From Steroidobacteraceae bacterium (GTDB lineage Bacteria > Pseudomonadota > Gammaproteobacteria > Steroidobacterales > Steroidobacteraceae), in contig DASYER010000075.1 in the NCBI GenBank assembly GCA_036498905.1, positions 7,968 through 71,967 of the forward strand: 64,000 nucleotides of DNA. Direction: 5' to 3'. Positions 62,422-64,000 of this stretch are shown here, in pieces. Within the stretch, counting starts at the first letter, position 1. Each line of letters opens with the position of its first letter. The notes under the pieces were generated by a model that was not told the origin of the DNA, made no database searches, and saw nothing but the letters and a program-made list of their open reading frames with translations. The position numbers and the translations under genes were made by a program.

Positions 62422-64000
62422 ATGATGATCCGCCGTAGCCGCATTCTGGGCACAAGCTGGCTGCTGTCCGCCGTAATCGTCGCGGGCGGGGCCATGAGTC
62501 ACATTGCGGTCGCCGCTACATCCGCCGCCAATGTGGATGCTAAACGACTCGATAAAGCCGCCAGCGAACCCGGTCAGTGGATGACTTACGGGGGCACCTA
62601 TTCCGAGCAGCGCTTCAGCGCCCTCAAGCAGATCGACTCGAGCAATGTGACAACGCTGGGCCTGAAATGGTACGGCGACTACGAGACTAATCAGAATCAG
62701 CATGGCTCACCGCTGTACATCGATGGCGTCATTTACGTCTCCACCTCGCGCGATGTCGTGCAGGCCTTCGATGCGAAGAGCGGCAAGCCGCTGTGGACCT
62801 ACAACCCGGGCATCCGCGGCGATCGGCTACGCTACAACGTCGGACTGGTGAACCGCGGACTCGCGGCGTGGAACGGCAAGATCATCATCGGCACGCTCGA
62901 TGCGCGGCTGATCGCCATCGACGCGAAGACCGGCAAGGCAGTCTGGGATGTCGACACGGTCCCGGACAGCCTGAACCTGGGCGAGATGGGCAAGCACTAC
63001 TCGATCACCATGGCCCCGCGCGCCGCGAAGGGCAAAGTGTTCATCGGCGCCTCCGGTGGCGAATACGGCGTGCGCGGCTTTATTGCGGCTTACGATGCCG
63101 AGACCGGCAAGCAGGCATGGCGGTTCTGGACCGTTCCGGGCGATCCGGCCAAAGGTTACGAGAACGCGCTGCTGGCCAAGGCCGCAAAGACCTGGACCGG
63201 CGAGTGGTGGAAGTCCTCGGGTGGCGGCGGCACCGTGTGGGATGCAGCCGTCTATGACCCGGTCACCGATCTGCTGTATTTCGGTACCGGCAACGCCTCG
63301 CCGTGGAATGAGCACACCCGCGAGCCGACTCTCGGCGACGACCTGTTCGCAGCCTCGGTCATCGCCGTCAAGCCGGACACCGGCGAATACGTGTGGCACT
63401 ACCAGGAAACCCCGGGCGATGCCTGGGACTATGATGCCGTCAGCCCCATGTTGACTGCTGATCTGAACATCCAGGGCAAGAAGACCCACGTCATCATCCA
63501 GCCCTCGAAGAACGGATTCCTCTACGTTCTGGAAGCGAAGACCGGCAAGCTGCTCAGCGCCGATCCCTTCACGGAGGAGAACTGGGCCACCGGGGTCGAC
63601 ATGAAGACCGGTCGTCCGAACGTCGTGCCGGCGGCGCGTTACCAGAAGGACCCGTGGGACCTCGCACCCGGCGTGCAGGGCGGCCACAGCTGGCATCCGA
63701 ATGCATTCAGTCCGCTCACCGGCCTGATCTATATTCCGGCCTGGGAAGCGTACTTCACCATGGCAGGCATGCCTCCCGGGAGCGGGCCGCCCGGCGGCGG
63801 CTTCAGTCTGGGCATTGCCATGGGTGCCAAGGTCGATCCGACCAAGTTGCAGCCCTATGCACGCAGCGGTGTCAAAGGCAGATTGGAGGCCTGGGATCCG
63901 ATCACCCGCAAGATCGTGTGGCAGACCGAGCCCTCCCCCAATGGCGCGACCACCAGCGGCGTGCTGGCGACGGCCGGCAATCTGGTGTTCATGGGTGATG
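62422..64000 (+). CDS. PQQ-dependent dehydrogenase, methanol/ethanol family (3'-truncated by the window edge)
   Basis: This ORF is absent from the supplied track because it has no stop in the window. My own translation from ATG 62422 (GGGGG upstream) gives a signal peptide, then GQWMTYGGTYSEQRFSALKQIDSSNVTTLGLKWY and propeller W-motifs. GDAWDYDAV follows further on. Confidence 0.9.
   Translation, partial: MMIRRSRILGTSWLLSAVIVAGGAMSHIAVAATSAANVDAKRLDKAASEPGQWMTYGGTYSEQRFSALKQIDSSNVTTLGLKWYGDYETNQNQHGSPLYIDGVIYVSTSRDVVQAFDAKSGKPLWTYNPGIRGDRLRYNVGLVNRGLAAWNGKIIIGTLDARLIAIDAKTGKAVWDVDTVPDSLNLGEMGKHYSITMAPRAAKGKVFIGASGGEYGVRGFIAAYDAETGKQAWRFWTVPGDPAKGYENALLAKAAKTWTGEWWKSSGGGGTVWDAAVYDPVTDLLYFGTGNASPWNEHTREPTLGDDLFAASVIAVKPDTGEYVWHYQETPGDAWDYDAVSPMLTADLNIQGKKTHVIIQPSKNGFLYVLEAKTGKLLSADPFTEENWATGVDMKTGRPNVVPAARYQKDPWDLAPGVQGGHSWHPNAFSPLTGLIYIPAWEAYFTMAGMPPGSGPPGGGFSLGIAMGAKVDPTKLQPYARSGVKGRLEAWDPITRKIVWQTEPSPNGATTSGVLATAGNLVFMGD

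Overview
High-GC (roughly 63-65%) chromosomal segment from a Gram-negative, probably proteobacterial, genome. It holds about 48 tightly packed protein genes, many joined by 1-4 nt start/stop overlaps. I found no rRNA, tRNA, CRISPR array, transposase or integrase. The stand-out is 194-16850 on the minus strand. A textbook ykkC (guanidine-I) riboswitch aptamer at 16741-16850 heads a 12-gene co-directional string. Unusually, the string opens with a TonB-dependent outer-membrane receptor. It continues with the DUF1989 pair, a biotin-dependent urea/guanidine carboxylase, allophanate hydrolase and a NitT/TauT-type ABC importer. It ends with four genes outside the described guanidine pathway: a TPR-sulfotransferase, a second binding protein, a His-box membrane di-iron enzyme and an isochorismatase-fold cysteine hydrolase. 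Other notable items: a G10 homopolymer just inside the 5' end of a large ATPase-LuxR regulator; a PadR-linked FAD monooxygenase broken by a 1-nt frameshift inside its GxGxxG motif; and a PadR gene translationally coupled to an ExbD-domain fusion protein. There is also an ATGA-coupled DUF3604 / parvulin PPIase / HupE-UreJ trio behind an AT-rich island, and two pairs of FtsX-type permeases with no ATPase gene. Further items are a Tat-amidohydrolase / PchF-like flavoprotein / cytochrome c operon, a heme-c beta-propeller protein with a partner cytochrome c, and a 3'-truncated PQQ dehydrogenase that has the D-Y-D lanthanide-type signature but lacks the vicinal Cys-Cys. All functional calls come from motif recognition by eye in the supplied translations. 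No database search was run.
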